From positions 1,152,001 through 1,216,000 of the forward strand of contig CBDCFW010000006.1 of assembly GCA_965216465.1 (NCBI GenBank): DNA of 64,000 nucleotides, written 5' to 3'. Below are positions 8,826-18,205 of the stretch, piece by piece. Made by a program: the position numbers and the translations under genes. Position 1 is the first letter of the stretch; each line of letters opens with the position of its first letter. Origin of the DNA: Bacteroidia bacterium. Its GTDB lineage: Bacteria; Bacteroidota; Bacteroidia; NS11-12g; UBA9320. Under the pieces are notes generated by a model that was given only the letters and a program-made list of their open reading frames with translations, had not been told where the DNA came from and ran no database searches.

Positions 8826-11017
8826 AATTGCTTGAAATAGGGTTGGGTATACAATCTTTTTCCGGTAGCTCTAAAAAGTGCGTTCGCAATTGCTCCTCCA
8901 ACCGGTGGTAGAGTAGGTTCGCCTAATCCGGTAGGAGCCTCTTGACTGTCAATAAATTCAACCTCTACATCTGGAACATTTCCCATTCTTAGCAAATTAT
9001 AATTGTGAAAGTTGTTTTGAATGGGCTTACCATCTTTGAATTCAAGTTCGCCGTACATCATATGTCCAAATCCATCAAGAATAGCTCCAACAGTCTGGGC
9101 CTTTGCACCATTTTGGTTCACTACATGTCCGCAGTCTACCACACAGTAAATTTTGGTTACCTTGGGTTTGTTATTCTCAAGAATTACTTCAGCAATTTCA
9201 GCTACATGTGTTCGGTGTGAATAGTAAGCAGAGAAACCTTGAAATGCCTTCTTTTTAAAACCAAACCAATTCGCATTCTCGGCCACTCTTTGAATCACAT
9301 TGATAAAGCGATTAGGGTTGTAATAGATGTCCTCATTTTTCGGGTCAACTTGACCTAAAAGGTCTAACATCAGCGTAACGTGATCCGTTTCCAGTTCAAA
9401 GGCAAGCTCATCAAAGAAAGATTGCTCAGCACTTGCTTGAAAGTTAGTAGAGGGAGCTCTCCATGCACCGGTTGTTATTTCGCTTGGAACTTCAACGGTA
9501 TCAACTTTGTAATTCTCTAAAGCACCAAAGGGGAAACCTTTAGAGAATTTATTAAATAGATTTCCGTTAATTGCCGCTTCTTTAAGGTGTATTCCTTGAA
9601 GCTTATTATTCTTAATTGCGGCTTTGTACTTGTACTTTGCGGCAGGTCTGTAGATACCTCCAGTCATGTCATCACTCCTTGAATATTGCAGTTTTACTGG
9701 ACGTTTAATCAAGGATGAAATTTCTGCCGCTTCGAATGCAAAGTCACCATACAGTCGTCTTCCAAACCCTCCACCCATTCGTGTGAGATTAAACTCAATA
9801 TTGGCCATTTCAATTCCAAACATTCCTTCTATCACATTTGCAGTGTATTCAGGTGTTTGACACGGTCCAACCAGCTTGATTTTATCTTCTTGTACATGAG
9901 CGAAGAAGTTCATCGGCTCCATGCAGTTATGAGGAAGGAAGGGACAGGCATAGGTTCTCTCAAGTACGCGGTCAGATTTGGCTAAAGTACTCTCAACTTT
10001 ACCAATCTCATTCAATACTCGAGTAGGTTTAGCATCAAGGGCTTTGTCAAGGAGCTCGTTATGTAGCTCAGAGCTTTCTAAGACTTCGTTTGACCTAAAC
10101 CATTCAGTTTGAACAAGATCCTTGGCTTTTAGGGCGGTCCATGTTGATGTTGCGATTATGGCAACTTTATCGGTATCTAGCATGTTAAATGACCACCAGT
10201 ATTGAAAGTCCGTATCGAAAAGTTTTCGGACCTTCTCTCCAAAACGCACGACGTCAATCACACCTTCTAGTTTTAGGGCTTCGGAGGCATCAAAAGATTT
10301 TAATTGTAAACCAAAAGCGGGAGGGTGGATTACTGTAGCGTAAACCATGTCATCCTCTTCATAATCTATACCAAAAAGAGGGACACCTCTAACGATATTG
10401 TCGATCTCAACATTATTTTTCCCGGTGCCGATTATTTTAAAATCTTTGGGGTCTTTGAGGCTAAACTCTTCAGGGATTTCTAAATCTTTTGCGTCGAGTA
10501 CCAGGTCTCCATAACTCAAGGTATTACCATTTTGATCAGAAACAACCCCTTCATTGGTTGTGCAGAGTGAAGGGTCAATATTCCATTTTTTTGCGGCGGC
10601 ATTTACCAACATCTGACGGGCTACTGCGCCCGTTTCTCTAAGAGGAATCCAAGCTAGTTCAACACTACGACTTCCTCCGGCCATTTGACGTTTATATTTG
10701 TTAATATCCAATGAAGCTTGAACAACATAAACATCTTCCCACTTAACATCTAGTTCTTCTGCAATCAGCATAGGAAGAGATGTTTTGACACCTTGTCCGA
10801 TTTCAGGATTTGGGGCGTATATGGTAACCTTGCCTTCTTTAGAAATACTGATGTATGCGTTAAATTCTGTGTAATCTAAGGTGCTAAGATCAACGGGTGG
10901 TTTTGAATTTGGTTTGCATGCTTGAAATAGGTTAAAGCCAATGAGCACACCCCCTCCAACTAGTGCGGTAGATCTAATAAAATCTCTTCTATTTAAATTT
11001 ACACTTTTGTCGTTCAT
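8822..11017 (-). CDS. Xanthine dehydrogenase-family molybdopterin-binding subunit (IorB-like)
   Basis: Tat signal NRRDFI; PEIGQGV, MEPMN, RMGGGFGRR, GAWRAP, PTGLGEP motifs. Confidence 0.9.
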   Translation of the reverse strand: MNDKSVNLNRRDFIRSTALVGGGVLIGFNLFQACKPNSKPPVDLSTLDYTEFNAYISISKEGKVTIYAPNPEIGQGVKTSLPMLIAEELDVKWEDVYVVQASLDINKYKRQMAGGSRSVELAWIPLRETGAVARQMLVNAAAKKWNIDPSLCTTNEGVVSDQNGNTLSYGDLVLDAKDLEIPEEFSLKDPKDFKIIGTGKNNVEIDNIVRGVPLFGIDYEEDDMVYATVIHPPAFGLQLKSFDASEALKLEGVIDVVRFGEKVRKLFDTDFQYWWSFNMLDTDKVAIIATSTWTALKAKDLVQTEWFRSNEVLESSELHNELLDKALDAKPTRVLNEIGKVESTLAKSDRVLERTYACPFLPHNCMEPMNFFAHVQEDKIKLVGPCQTPEYTANVIEGMFGIEMANIEFNLTRMGGGFGRRLYGDFAFEAAEISSLIKRPVKLQYSRSDDMTGGIYRPAAKYKYKAAIKNNKLQGIHLKEAAINGNLFNKFSKGFPFGALENYKVDTVEVPSEITTGAWRAPSTNFQASAEQSFFDELAFELETDHVTLMLDLLGQVDPKNEDIYYNPNRFINVIQRVAENANWFGFKKKAFQGFSAYYSHRTHVAEIAEVILENNKPKVTKIYCVVDCGHVVNQNGAKAQTVGAILDGFGHMMYGELEFKDGKPIQNNFHNYNLLRMGNVPDVEVEFIDSQEAPTGLGEPTLPPVGGAIANALFRATGKRLYTQPYFKQL

Positions 11018-11484
11018 TATGAGTTCATCAAGTTAGCCGCATGCTCTACCGCTTTTTCAATCGAAAGATATGTGGCACAACGACAAATGTTGCCGTTCAT
11101 CGCAGTGCGAATCTGTTGTTTTGATGGATTTTTATTTTTCTCAAGCAATGAAATGGCGCTTAATATTTGACCAGACTGGCAATATCCGCATTGGGGAACA
11201 TCAAGTGCTTTCCATGCCATTTGAACAGCATGAAATTCATCCTTTTCAACACCTTCAATAGTTGTAATTTTTGAATCTGCAAGTTCCTGAGATAAGGTCA
11301 ACTGGCAACTTCTCATTGCTTTGTTATTTACCAAAACCGTGCATGCACCACACATACCTATCCCACACCCAAATTTAGAGCCCTTTAAACCCAGGTCATC
11401 ACGTAGAATCCATAGTAAAGGCTTACCTTCCTCGTAGTTCACTACACGAGCCACTCCATTTATGTTCAAAGTGAATTCTGACAC
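11017..11484 (-). CDS. (2Fe-2S)-binding small subunit (IorA/CoxS-like)
   Basis: GCGIGMCGACTV, QCGYCQSG, NICRC. Confidence 0.92.
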   Translation of the reverse strand: MSEFTLNINGVARVVNYEEGKPLLWILRDDLGLKGSKFGCGIGMCGACTVLVNNKAMRSCQLTLSQELADSKITTIEGVEKDEFHAVQMAWKALDVPQCGYCQSGQILSAISLLEKNKNPSKQQIRTAMNGNICRCATYLSIEKAVEHAANLMNS

Positions 11485-11604
11485 GATTAGTAATTGTGTT
11501 TAAATATATCAGTTTATTCTGAGAACACGAAAAAATCGTTGAAACTTGGTGACTTGATGGCCATTCTTCGGCCTATATTAAAAGAAGAGAATTAAGCGGT
11601 CTTT

Positions 11605-12078
11605 CTAGAATTGATTAACCTGATTAACATCAAAGACCACATCCGTTCTTTTCTTGATTTTGGGAACGAGGGCCCAATTCATATTGCCTATCAGCATTTT
11701 ACAACCTCCAGAATAGGAGACATCAATTTGGTATCTGATTTCACCGTGTTCAGTTATGATGCTTCGTTCGTATTCGGCGTTACACCCTCCACCGCTTGTA
11801 TAAGTTCCAATCAAACTATATTTATCAAAGTTGATTGATGTCGGAATTGCATGCGAACAGTCCACATTTGACGAGCTTCTTCTTTTCGTGTCAAAAACTT
11901 GGTGGTATTCTTCTTTTGAACGAATAACAATTTCATCTTTATCACCCGCCATGGTAAGAAAGCAATTGCCAAAGTATGAATGGTCAAGAAACTGAACGTC
12001 TGAAGTAATATCCTCTTTCTTGCAGCCATTAAGAATAAGTAGACCAAAGAAGAAAGCAAAAGCAATATTTTTATTCAT
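11605..12078 (-). CDS. Hypothetical lipoprotein
   Basis: Lipobox LNGC-KKE; faint PrcB-like segment (INFDKYSLIG..TSGGGC). Confidence 0.55.
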   Translation of the reverse strand: MNKNIAFAFFFGLLILNGCKKEDITSDVQFLDHSYFGNCFLTMAGDKDEIVIRSKEEYHQVFDTKRRSSSNVDCSHAIPTSINFDKYSLIGTYTSGGGCNAEYERSIITEHGEIRYQIDVSYSGGCKMLIGNMNWALVPKIKKRTDVVFDVNQVNQF

Positions 12079-12252
12079 AGCGTTGTAAAGGTCGTAATTA
12101 AGTAGAGGAAACCATGACTGAACTAGTGATTTGACTATAATTTAACATTTTAGGAAATCGGCGTTAATGATGAGGCCTGTACTTACTTTTTGGTTTGATC
12201 AGATTAAGAGGTAGCCTTGATAATTAACAGTTTTTAGTTACTTTTGAGTATT

Positions 12253-12990
12253 ATGACTAATAGAATTACACTAATACTAATCGCTGCTGCACTCTACGGT
12301 TGTAGCACTACTGACTCTCCAGGATTAACTCCAGAAACTCCAAGCATCAACGACATTGTTTTTACATCGCAGTCTACAGCAGATGTATATGTAGATGGAT
12401 CGGCTGATGTGAATGAAGTTACTTACACCGACCAGAATGGGGCAGAGAATAGTATTGAATCTTCAGATGACCCCGTTGCCGTTAATGTGCCTTTTGGTCA
12501 TGTTTTAGAATTTAAGGTTAGAGGAAAAAATAACAACGCGAATAAGGCAAGTGAGTATTCAACTTCCACCAAAGTGTTAGCATCTACCAATTCTGATGAA
12601 GGCATAAATAGAATGGAATTTCTTGAAGCGGTGAACGAAATGCGAAGTCAAGGATTTAAATGTGGATCAACAGACATGCCTATGGTTGGCAAATTGGTTT
12701 GGGATGATCAGTTAGAACTTCTCAGCAAGCCTCATGCTAAAGACATGGATGAGAACAACTTCCTAGATGGAACCGGTTCTGACGGAAAAACCTACGGCCA
12801 AAGAATAAAAGAAGTGTTCCAAGATTGTCAAGCATACAGAGAATTACTAGCTCAAGGCCCAAATGTGGAATTTGTGTTTCAGGGATGGCAAAATTCTGAA
12901 GGTGCATGCAAATACCTTATGGAAGATGACATGCGTTACCTATCGGTTGCAAAATCTGGCAGCAAGTGGGTTGTTGACTTGAGGGAGTAG
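12253..12990 (+). CDS. CAP/SCP domain lipoprotein
   Basis: Lipobox LYGC; VNEMR..G..CG, L.WDDQL, HAKDM, GSDG, W.NS.G.C motifs; conserved His positions partly altered. Confidence 0.75.
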   Translation: MTNRITLILIAAALYGCSTTDSPGLTPETPSINDIVFTSQSTADVYVDGSADVNEVTYTDQNGAENSIESSDDPVAVNVPFGHVLEFKVRGKNNNANKASEYSTSTKVLASTNSDEGINRMEFLEAVNEMRSQGFKCGSTDMPMVGKLVWDDQLELLSKPHAKDMDENNFLDGTGSDGKTYGQRIKEVFQDCQAYRELLAQGPNVEFVFQGWQNSEGACKYLMEDDMRYLSVAKSGSKWVVDLRE

Positions 12991-13032
12991 GGGAGAAGTT
13001 TATCTAACCTGTTCAGGTGCTTGGACTCAAAC

Positions 13033-13461
13033 TTAATATTTACTCCAAACCCAAATTGCACAAGAAAGAATTACACTCAAGAGGAATAGGGTCGAATACT
13101 TAAAAAACTTTCTAAATCCTAGCACGATGTTTATCTGATCTACAAATTCTCTATGACCTTTATGTTTTTCTTTTAGTAATCGTATGGGTTTAAAAAGATA
13201 TGCGTTTGGCATCACCAGAACAAGCCGAAAAGGGGAAAATGAGATTCTTTTAAAATCGTCAAGATTGCCTGTGCTGTTCAATTCTTTTAACATCTGCTTT
13301 AAGTTGTCACACTCGATTACGTAGAGCAGCAAGCTGAACAAAAGAAAGGAGAAAACCACTAATGAAACTCCAACAATGGCGTAAACCACCACAACCCATA
13401 CCATCATTATTGGAAACATAGAACTTTCGATAGAAATGTTTGGTCGAAGATACTCAATCAA
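13033..13461 (-). CDS. Hypothetical membrane protein
   Basis: Two hydrophobic segments; 2 bp downstream of T9SS cargo gene. Confidence 0.4.
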   Translation of the reverse strand: MIEYLRPNISIESSMFPIMMVWVVVVYAIVGVSLVVFSFLLFSLLLYVIECDNLKQMLKELNSTGNLDDFKRISFSPFRLVLVMPNAYLFKPIRLLKEKHKGHREFVDQINIVLGFRKFFKYSTLFLLSVILSCAIWVWSKY

Positions 13462-13463
13462 CG

Positions 13464-14669
13464 TTATCGCACCAATTCCACTATTCCACTTCTTACATTG
13501 TTTTGGTTTTCTGCGGTGTCAAAAGTAACTACCCAAAAATATGTACCCGCCGGTAGTTGTTTCCCATTTGTCGTACCATCCCATCCAGGTTGCATATTGC
13601 CTTTATAGACTTGCTCACCCCATCTGTTGTATATATGCATTATGGTATTGCTAACTCCTTGATTTTTTATGAAACTGAAGTAGTCATTTACTCCATCTCC
13701 ATTCGGCGAAAAAATGTTTGGTAGTTCGACCTCAACCAAAGTGTTGTCAATTGATAAGGTGTCATCTGGAATATCTATCTCTTTTTCATCGTCGAAATTG
13801 AAACTGGCGTAAGGACAGCTTGCACCATCATTATTTTTATGAGGAGAGAATCCTGGAGGTGGTGTCGTTAATACAGAAACCTCAAAATTTGTGGCATTTT
13901 CATTTGGTTCTAATCGATATAATGTCCCATTGTTACAGGATGCAAACAAGTTTCCGTTGCCATCAACAAACATTGCCCCAACCGGACCCTGATTGCCATC
14001 TACAATGCAGTTCATTCCACTTAATGTAATGTCGGCATGGTGTGTTCCGTTTGGATTCATTGCCCTTAGGGTGTTTGCTCCTAATACACCATAAAATTTA
14101 TCCGTCTTAGCTAAGTAGGCCCAGTCGGCAATTCTGAGGTTTTCTCGATATCCGTTAAAGCTAAACTCTTGTGGTTGAGCCGTTCCAGTTTGAACATCAA
14201 TAAGTTGCATTTTGTCATGATTGTGACTTGAAGCATATAGTGTAGACTCTATCATTTCCCCAACATAATATGGCCCATTTGGCAGATTAGTTACGGCTCC
14301 TTCATTGAAGGCTCGAGTAGGGGAGATTCGGATTAGGTTATTGGTTGTGCTCTGAATTCCATATATGAAATTATCATTGGTATTAAATCCTATTGCATTT
14401 ATGTCGGTTATGCCGTAGTTGTTCCAGCCTGAAACAGGCACCCATTTGTTATCCTTTGAATCAAAATAATTTAAAGTGTCATTTCTAATCTGGTACAGTT
14501 TGCTGGTATCGGTGCATGTGAATGAACAATATGAACTTGATGCACAATCAAGATCTTGGCAATCAATAAGACCATCCTGGTCGTTATCGATTCCATCATA
14601 GCACAATTCAGTTTGACCGAAGACAAATGAGCTTAGTAAAAGTAAAAAAGTAAGGAAGAGAGATTTCAT
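13464..14669 (-). CDS. T9SS type B (gliding-motility CTD) secreted beta-propeller-like protein
   Basis: C-terminal PNIFSPNGDGVNDYF...IYNRWG...WDG...GTYF; N-terminal Ca-binding CYDGIDNDQDGLIDCQDLDC. Confidence 0.85.
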   Translation of the reverse strand: MKSLFLTFLLLLSSFVFGQTELCYDGIDNDQDGLIDCQDLDCASSSYCSFTCTDTSKLYQIRNDTLNYFDSKDNKWVPVSGWNNYGITDINAIGFNTNDNFIYGIQSTTNNLIRISPTRAFNEGAVTNLPNGPYYVGEMIESTLYASSHNHDKMQLIDVQTGTAQPQEFSFNGYRENLRIADWAYLAKTDKFYGVLGANTLRAMNPNGTHHADITLSGMNCIVDGNQGPVGAMFVDGNGNLFASCNNGTLYRLEPNENATNFEVSVLTTPPPGFSPHKNNDGASCPYASFNFDDEKEIDIPDDTLSIDNTLVEVELPNIFSPNGDGVNDYFSFIKNQGVSNTIMHIYNRWGEQVYKGNMQPGWDGTTNGKQLPAGTYFWVVTFDTAENQNNVRSGIVELVR

Positions 14670-14676
14670 ATTTTAA

Positions 14677-14703
14677 CAACGAGACTAGCATAAATTTGGT
14701 TGC
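14677..14703 (-). promoter_or_regulatory. Putative ECF sigma promoter GCAACC-N16-CGTTG
   Basis: Classic ECF AAC/CGT architecture directly upstream of ATG 14669. Confidence 0.45.
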
Positions 14704-14746
14704 CTCACATATTAAAGTCATCTGATCTTACTCCAGTTCTGCAGCT

Positions 14747-15214
14747 TCAATTTCTCAGCGATTCTACTCTGTGGTATGCCGTATCGGAATTACTATCAAA
14801 GACGATTAGATGCCTATAAGGAGCTTTCACACATTTGTAAATACTATATTCTTCAAGATGTTCAAAAGCCCAATAAAATGAGGTGTTATTCATCCTCTCC
14901 TTTTCAATACAATAACTGTTGAACTCCTCTTGATTTATCTTATAACAGCTTTTATCTGAAGTGTAATCAGCCCCTGTTTGAGGATCAATTGCATTAATAG
15001 TTCTTAGTATTTCTTGTTGATCACCAAGGTACTTTGAGTAATACACTGAGCTAAAGTAAATATTGATATCCGTGGCTTCAATCTCTTCGATAACATTTGT
15101 ACTGTCCCAATCGGTAACAATATCTACAATAGTAAATGTGCTTGGTTCGGAAGTACAACTAACCACTGTTATCGCCAAAACCCAAATTCCAAGAATTGTT
15201 AGTTTCCAATTCAT
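14747..15214 (-). CDS. Hypothetical lipoprotein
   Basis: Lipobox VVSC; no recognisable domain. Confidence 0.55.
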   Translation of the reverse strand: MNWKLTILGIWVLAITVVSCTSEPSTFTIVDIVTDWDSTNVIEEIEATDINIYFSSVYYSKYLGDQQEILRTINAIDPQTGADYTSDKSCYKINQEEFNSYCIEKERMNNTSFYWAFEHLEEYSIYKCVKAPYRHLIVFDSNSDTAYHRVESLRN

Positions 15215-15283
15215 CTTTTCAAAGATACAAGTCGTCTGGTGATTTCAACTGCTACTGTAAAGCAAGCATCAAAATGATTGGAA

Positions 15284-16414
15284 CTATTCCCTAAACCTAA
15301 ACAGGTAAATGTTATACGAAATATCAAGCGTAGGAATCACCGAATTTGAGGCAGGTGGTTGATCCAAGTCGATTGAATCGTCGTAATGGTCATAAATTCC
15401 GGCTCCGGCTCTAATCCAGAAAGCACCACGTTTATAATACTTTTTATAGCCAAGATGAAAGCTGGTCACAAAACTGTAAGAGCCTGTTACACTGGCACCG
15501 ATAGTCATCCATTTTTTCTTTTCATGCGATAACTTGAGTACGTCAAAATCACCTCCCGCAGATACTGCTAATTCGCCATCAAAATGAATGAGCCCTGCAC
15601 TTAGATCTATTATACCAAGCTTCATGCCTAGGTTAGGGCCGAACAGACCAGGATGTGTCACTCCAGCACCCAAAGCAATCCGCGGATTAATATTGTTGGC
15701 GACCCACTTCTTTGTTTCGGCTTTATTTCGATTTTTCCAAGCATGATGTGCTCGTTTTAGCACATATTGCTTCTGGCCCAACGGCAAAGAATACAGCCGA
15801 TAAGACAACTCCCCATAAGGGTAAATGTTTTCTGCGTAGGAGATGTAAGTTCGGGGATATTGCTCTTGATATACCCCGTGTTCTTGAAGCAATGCTCCCA
15901 GTCTGAAGCAGAGTTGCGATCGAGGGCCCAGCTTTTGATTGACACCTAAAAGCATGGAAAAATTGAATTTGTTGTCTACGATTTGAGCTTCGATTTTTTC
16001 ATTGATTGTGCTACCAATCGATGCGACAAGAGATAGTGGCTTTTCGCTAACCCCTTTAAATTTAACCCCCCTAAATTTAAAGAATTCATAGTCAAATTGG
16101 ATGGCCGAAACAATGTAGCTTTCACCGGTTTGATTTAGGTACGGAGGACTGATACCGACTTCTAGGTTTCCAACTTTTATGGTAGGTTGAGGAAGCACGC
16201 CAAGTGGTCGTGCTCCTCCTAGTCCTGCAGAAACTCCAACATTAAAATTTCTTCCTAAAAATGATTTGGTATCAAAGTGTGTTGAAGAATCAAATTGTGC
16301 AGACAACTGTTTTGGGGCGATTAAGGAAATCAAAACTGTTATTGATAAAACAAACAATTTCGATTTTTTCAATGGAATTAAGCTGATTAATAAAGTATCT
16401 ATCCTTCGAACCAT
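15284..16414 (-). CDS. Hypothetical outer-membrane protein with two similar beta-rich halves
   Basis: Signal peptide; alternating Gly/aromatic beta-strands; internal duplication. Confidence 0.55.
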   Translation of the reverse strand: MVRRIDTLLISLIPLKKSKLFVLSITVLISLIAPKQLSAQFDSSTHFDTKSFLGRNFNVGVSAGLGGARPLGVLPQPTIKVGNLEVGISPPYLNQTGESYIVSAIQFDYEFFKFRGVKFKGVSEKPLSLVASIGSTINEKIEAQIVDNKFNFSMLLGVNQKLGPRSQLCFRLGALLQEHGVYQEQYPRTYISYAENIYPYGELSYRLYSLPLGQKQYVLKRAHHAWKNRNKAETKKWVANNINPRIALGAGVTHPGLFGPNLGMKLGIIDLSAGLIHFDGELAVSAGGDFDVLKLSHEKKKWMTIGASVTGSYSFVTSFHLGYKKYYKRGAFWIRAGAGIYDHYDDSIDLDQPPASNSVIPTLDISYNIYLFRFRE

Positions 16415-16707
16415 AGCAATTTAGTCAAAGTAAAGATGGCTGCACTAAACCTAATAACCAAACAGCCGTGATGAAAAGGGAGATTTCGGGATGAAAAGTG
16501 CTTTTGGTGGGGGTAGGTTGAGGAGGTTTATTTATTTTTTATCTACGGGGTAGGAGGATAGATAAGGTGAAGAACAGGTTTAGTGGTTTTTAAGTTATCA
16601 GTTAAAAATATACAATCTGAAGGATTGTAATTGGTATTTTTGCAACGGATTAGAATACGGTGGAGCTAAGTTATCCTAAAGAAAATTAACGTTTCAGCTG
16701 CTATAGA

Positions 16708-17376
16708 TTAATTTCTCACATCATACCCCTTAAACAATAAAATCTGCCTAAGTCCATAGTAACTTTCACAGCCCTCGCCTCCTGTGCATTGGCTTTCAAT
16801 TTGCCTAAACCGGATTAGACAATCCTCGTTTCTATTTAAAATGCCCAATGCTAACATCCCTGTGTTTATAACATACGAATCATTAGCCCATCTATCTGGA
16901 TTGTCAGGCCAAGTTGCTTGTACTAAACTGTGGCTTCTTAGATTCTGACTTTGAGATAGTACAGCACTAATCTCCTCCTTTGACAATTCAGGAAATTCAG
17001 CTTCTAACTCTGCTTGGAAGAAACTATATCCGTTCCCTTTCAATTTTATTAAATAACGACTAATCTCGTACCTGCTCCATGCCAAACCAGAACCAGATGG
17101 GAGCGGACAAATAAGGGATACTTGATAGGTATTAGAATCAATCCTTGAAAATTCACTTCGTCCAATTGAACCTCTCCTCTTAATGTCGTAAAGTTTTATA
17201 CTCTTCTTGGTGTCGAAAACTTGAACGTTTCCATGGTTATCTTGAATTATTAGAAGGCTGGAATCAGATAAGAGTGCCGTAGTATCTTTACTCATGCTTA
17301 CACCCTTAAGCGGAGCAAGCATACCAATAGTTATTAGTGCGAATAGACAAATATGTTTATTGAGAATAACTCGCAT
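16708..17376 (-). CDS. Hypothetical secreted protein
   Basis: 222-aa ORF with signal-like N-terminus; no recognisable domain. Confidence 0.5.
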   Translation of the reverse strand: MRVILNKHICLFALITIGMLAPLKGVSMSKDTTALLSDSSLLIIQDNHGNVQVFDTKKSIKLYDIKRRGSIGRSEFSRIDSNTYQVSLICPLPSGSGLAWSRYEISRYLIKLKGNGYSFFQAELEAEFPELSKEEISAVLSQSQNLRSHSLVQATWPDNPDRWANDSYVINTGMLALGILNRNEDCLIRFRQIESQCTGGEGCESYYGLRQILLFKGYDVRN

Positions 17377-17565
17377 TCTTAGTGCCTAATGATCTAGCTG
17401 CTTTAACTAAAACTTAACACGTTTCTGATTTCAGTTTCAGCGATAGTTGGTGTTAACGCAGTTTCTAAGCAACGGTAAATTTAGGACATTATTGCAATAC
17501 TGAAGTTGGTCTACATTACTAAAGCAGTATTAAAAATGAAGAAGCCGTTTAGGCCAAAGTTGTTG

Positions 17566-17757
17566 CTATTTTGTACTCTCCCAATATTTGTCAGCTTTCT
17601 CTTTCCTTCCAGGTAAAACCATGAATAGAAGTTTTGCAACAGGATTTGAGAATCTATATGATATGCCATCTCGCTTCAATGTGTGTTTTCCACCTTTTAC
17701 ATCGGCTTTGCCCGTACTCATGGCAAATGCACAATTTCCGTTGTATGCGTCTTTCAT
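17566..17757 (-). CDS. Small protein resembling the C-terminal half of YHS-domain proteins
   Basis: YNGNCAFAM..G, DG.SY.F.N, ADKYW motifs; 2 bp downstream of yciI-like gene. Confidence 0.55.
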   Translation of the reverse strand: MKDAYNGNCAFAMSTGKADVKGGKHTLKRDGISYRFSNPVAKLLFMVLPGRKEKADKYWESTK

Positions 17758-17759
17758 GA

Positions 17760-18116
17760 TTAATTAATTCCCTCCATTTGTTTAATTGGTCTGATGTCCA
17801 TTTTGGCATCAATATCTTCAAATACCGGATTGGCCATTGCTATTTCTATGGCATGATCAAGGTCTCTAGCCACAATGTGGAAATAGCCTGTAATTACCTC
17901 CTTCGACTCAATAAAAGGACCATCTTTAATAGATCCATTGGTGCTCACAATTGAGGCACCCCCAAGTTCAAGTGGTTGTGCACCTTTTAATGTTCCTGAT
18001 TGCATCAATCCATTGAGGTAGTTTCCAATCTTCTGAACATGGTTTTGCTGTTCTTGCGGTGAAAGAGAGGCTAAATGGTCTCCTTCCGTTCGAATAAATA
18101 ACATAAATTCTTGCAT
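17760..18116 (-). CDS. YciI-family (DGPF) protein
   Basis: DGPFIESKEVITGY, A.DLD.AIEIA, IRP. Confidence 0.9.
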   Translation of the reverse strand: MQEFMLFIRTEGDHLASLSPQEQQNHVQKIGNYLNGLMQSGTLKGAQPLELGGASIVSTNGSIKDGPFIESKEVITGYFHIVARDLDHAIEIAMANPVFEDIDAKMDIRPIKQMEGIN

Positions 18117-18205
18117 GATTTTCTTTTACTTAATGACAATTGACAATTGGTAATGGGGACATGAATATCGAAAATAAAAATTAAATATTTATAAGTTCCA
18201 CAATT

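Noticed and set aside
16506-16557. G-rich tract with ggggtagg twice, possible G-quadruplex
   Set aside because: Mostly GG runs; only a weak two-tier structure possible and no supporting context
17377-17470. attC-like cassette site upstream of the 222-aa orphan
   Set aside because: Core sites do not match RYYYAAC/GTTRRRY properly; no second copy and no integrase
17566-17760. Selenocysteine read-through extending the YHS-like ORF
   Set aside because: No in-frame TGA; the upstream gene ends with TAA 2 bp before the ATG
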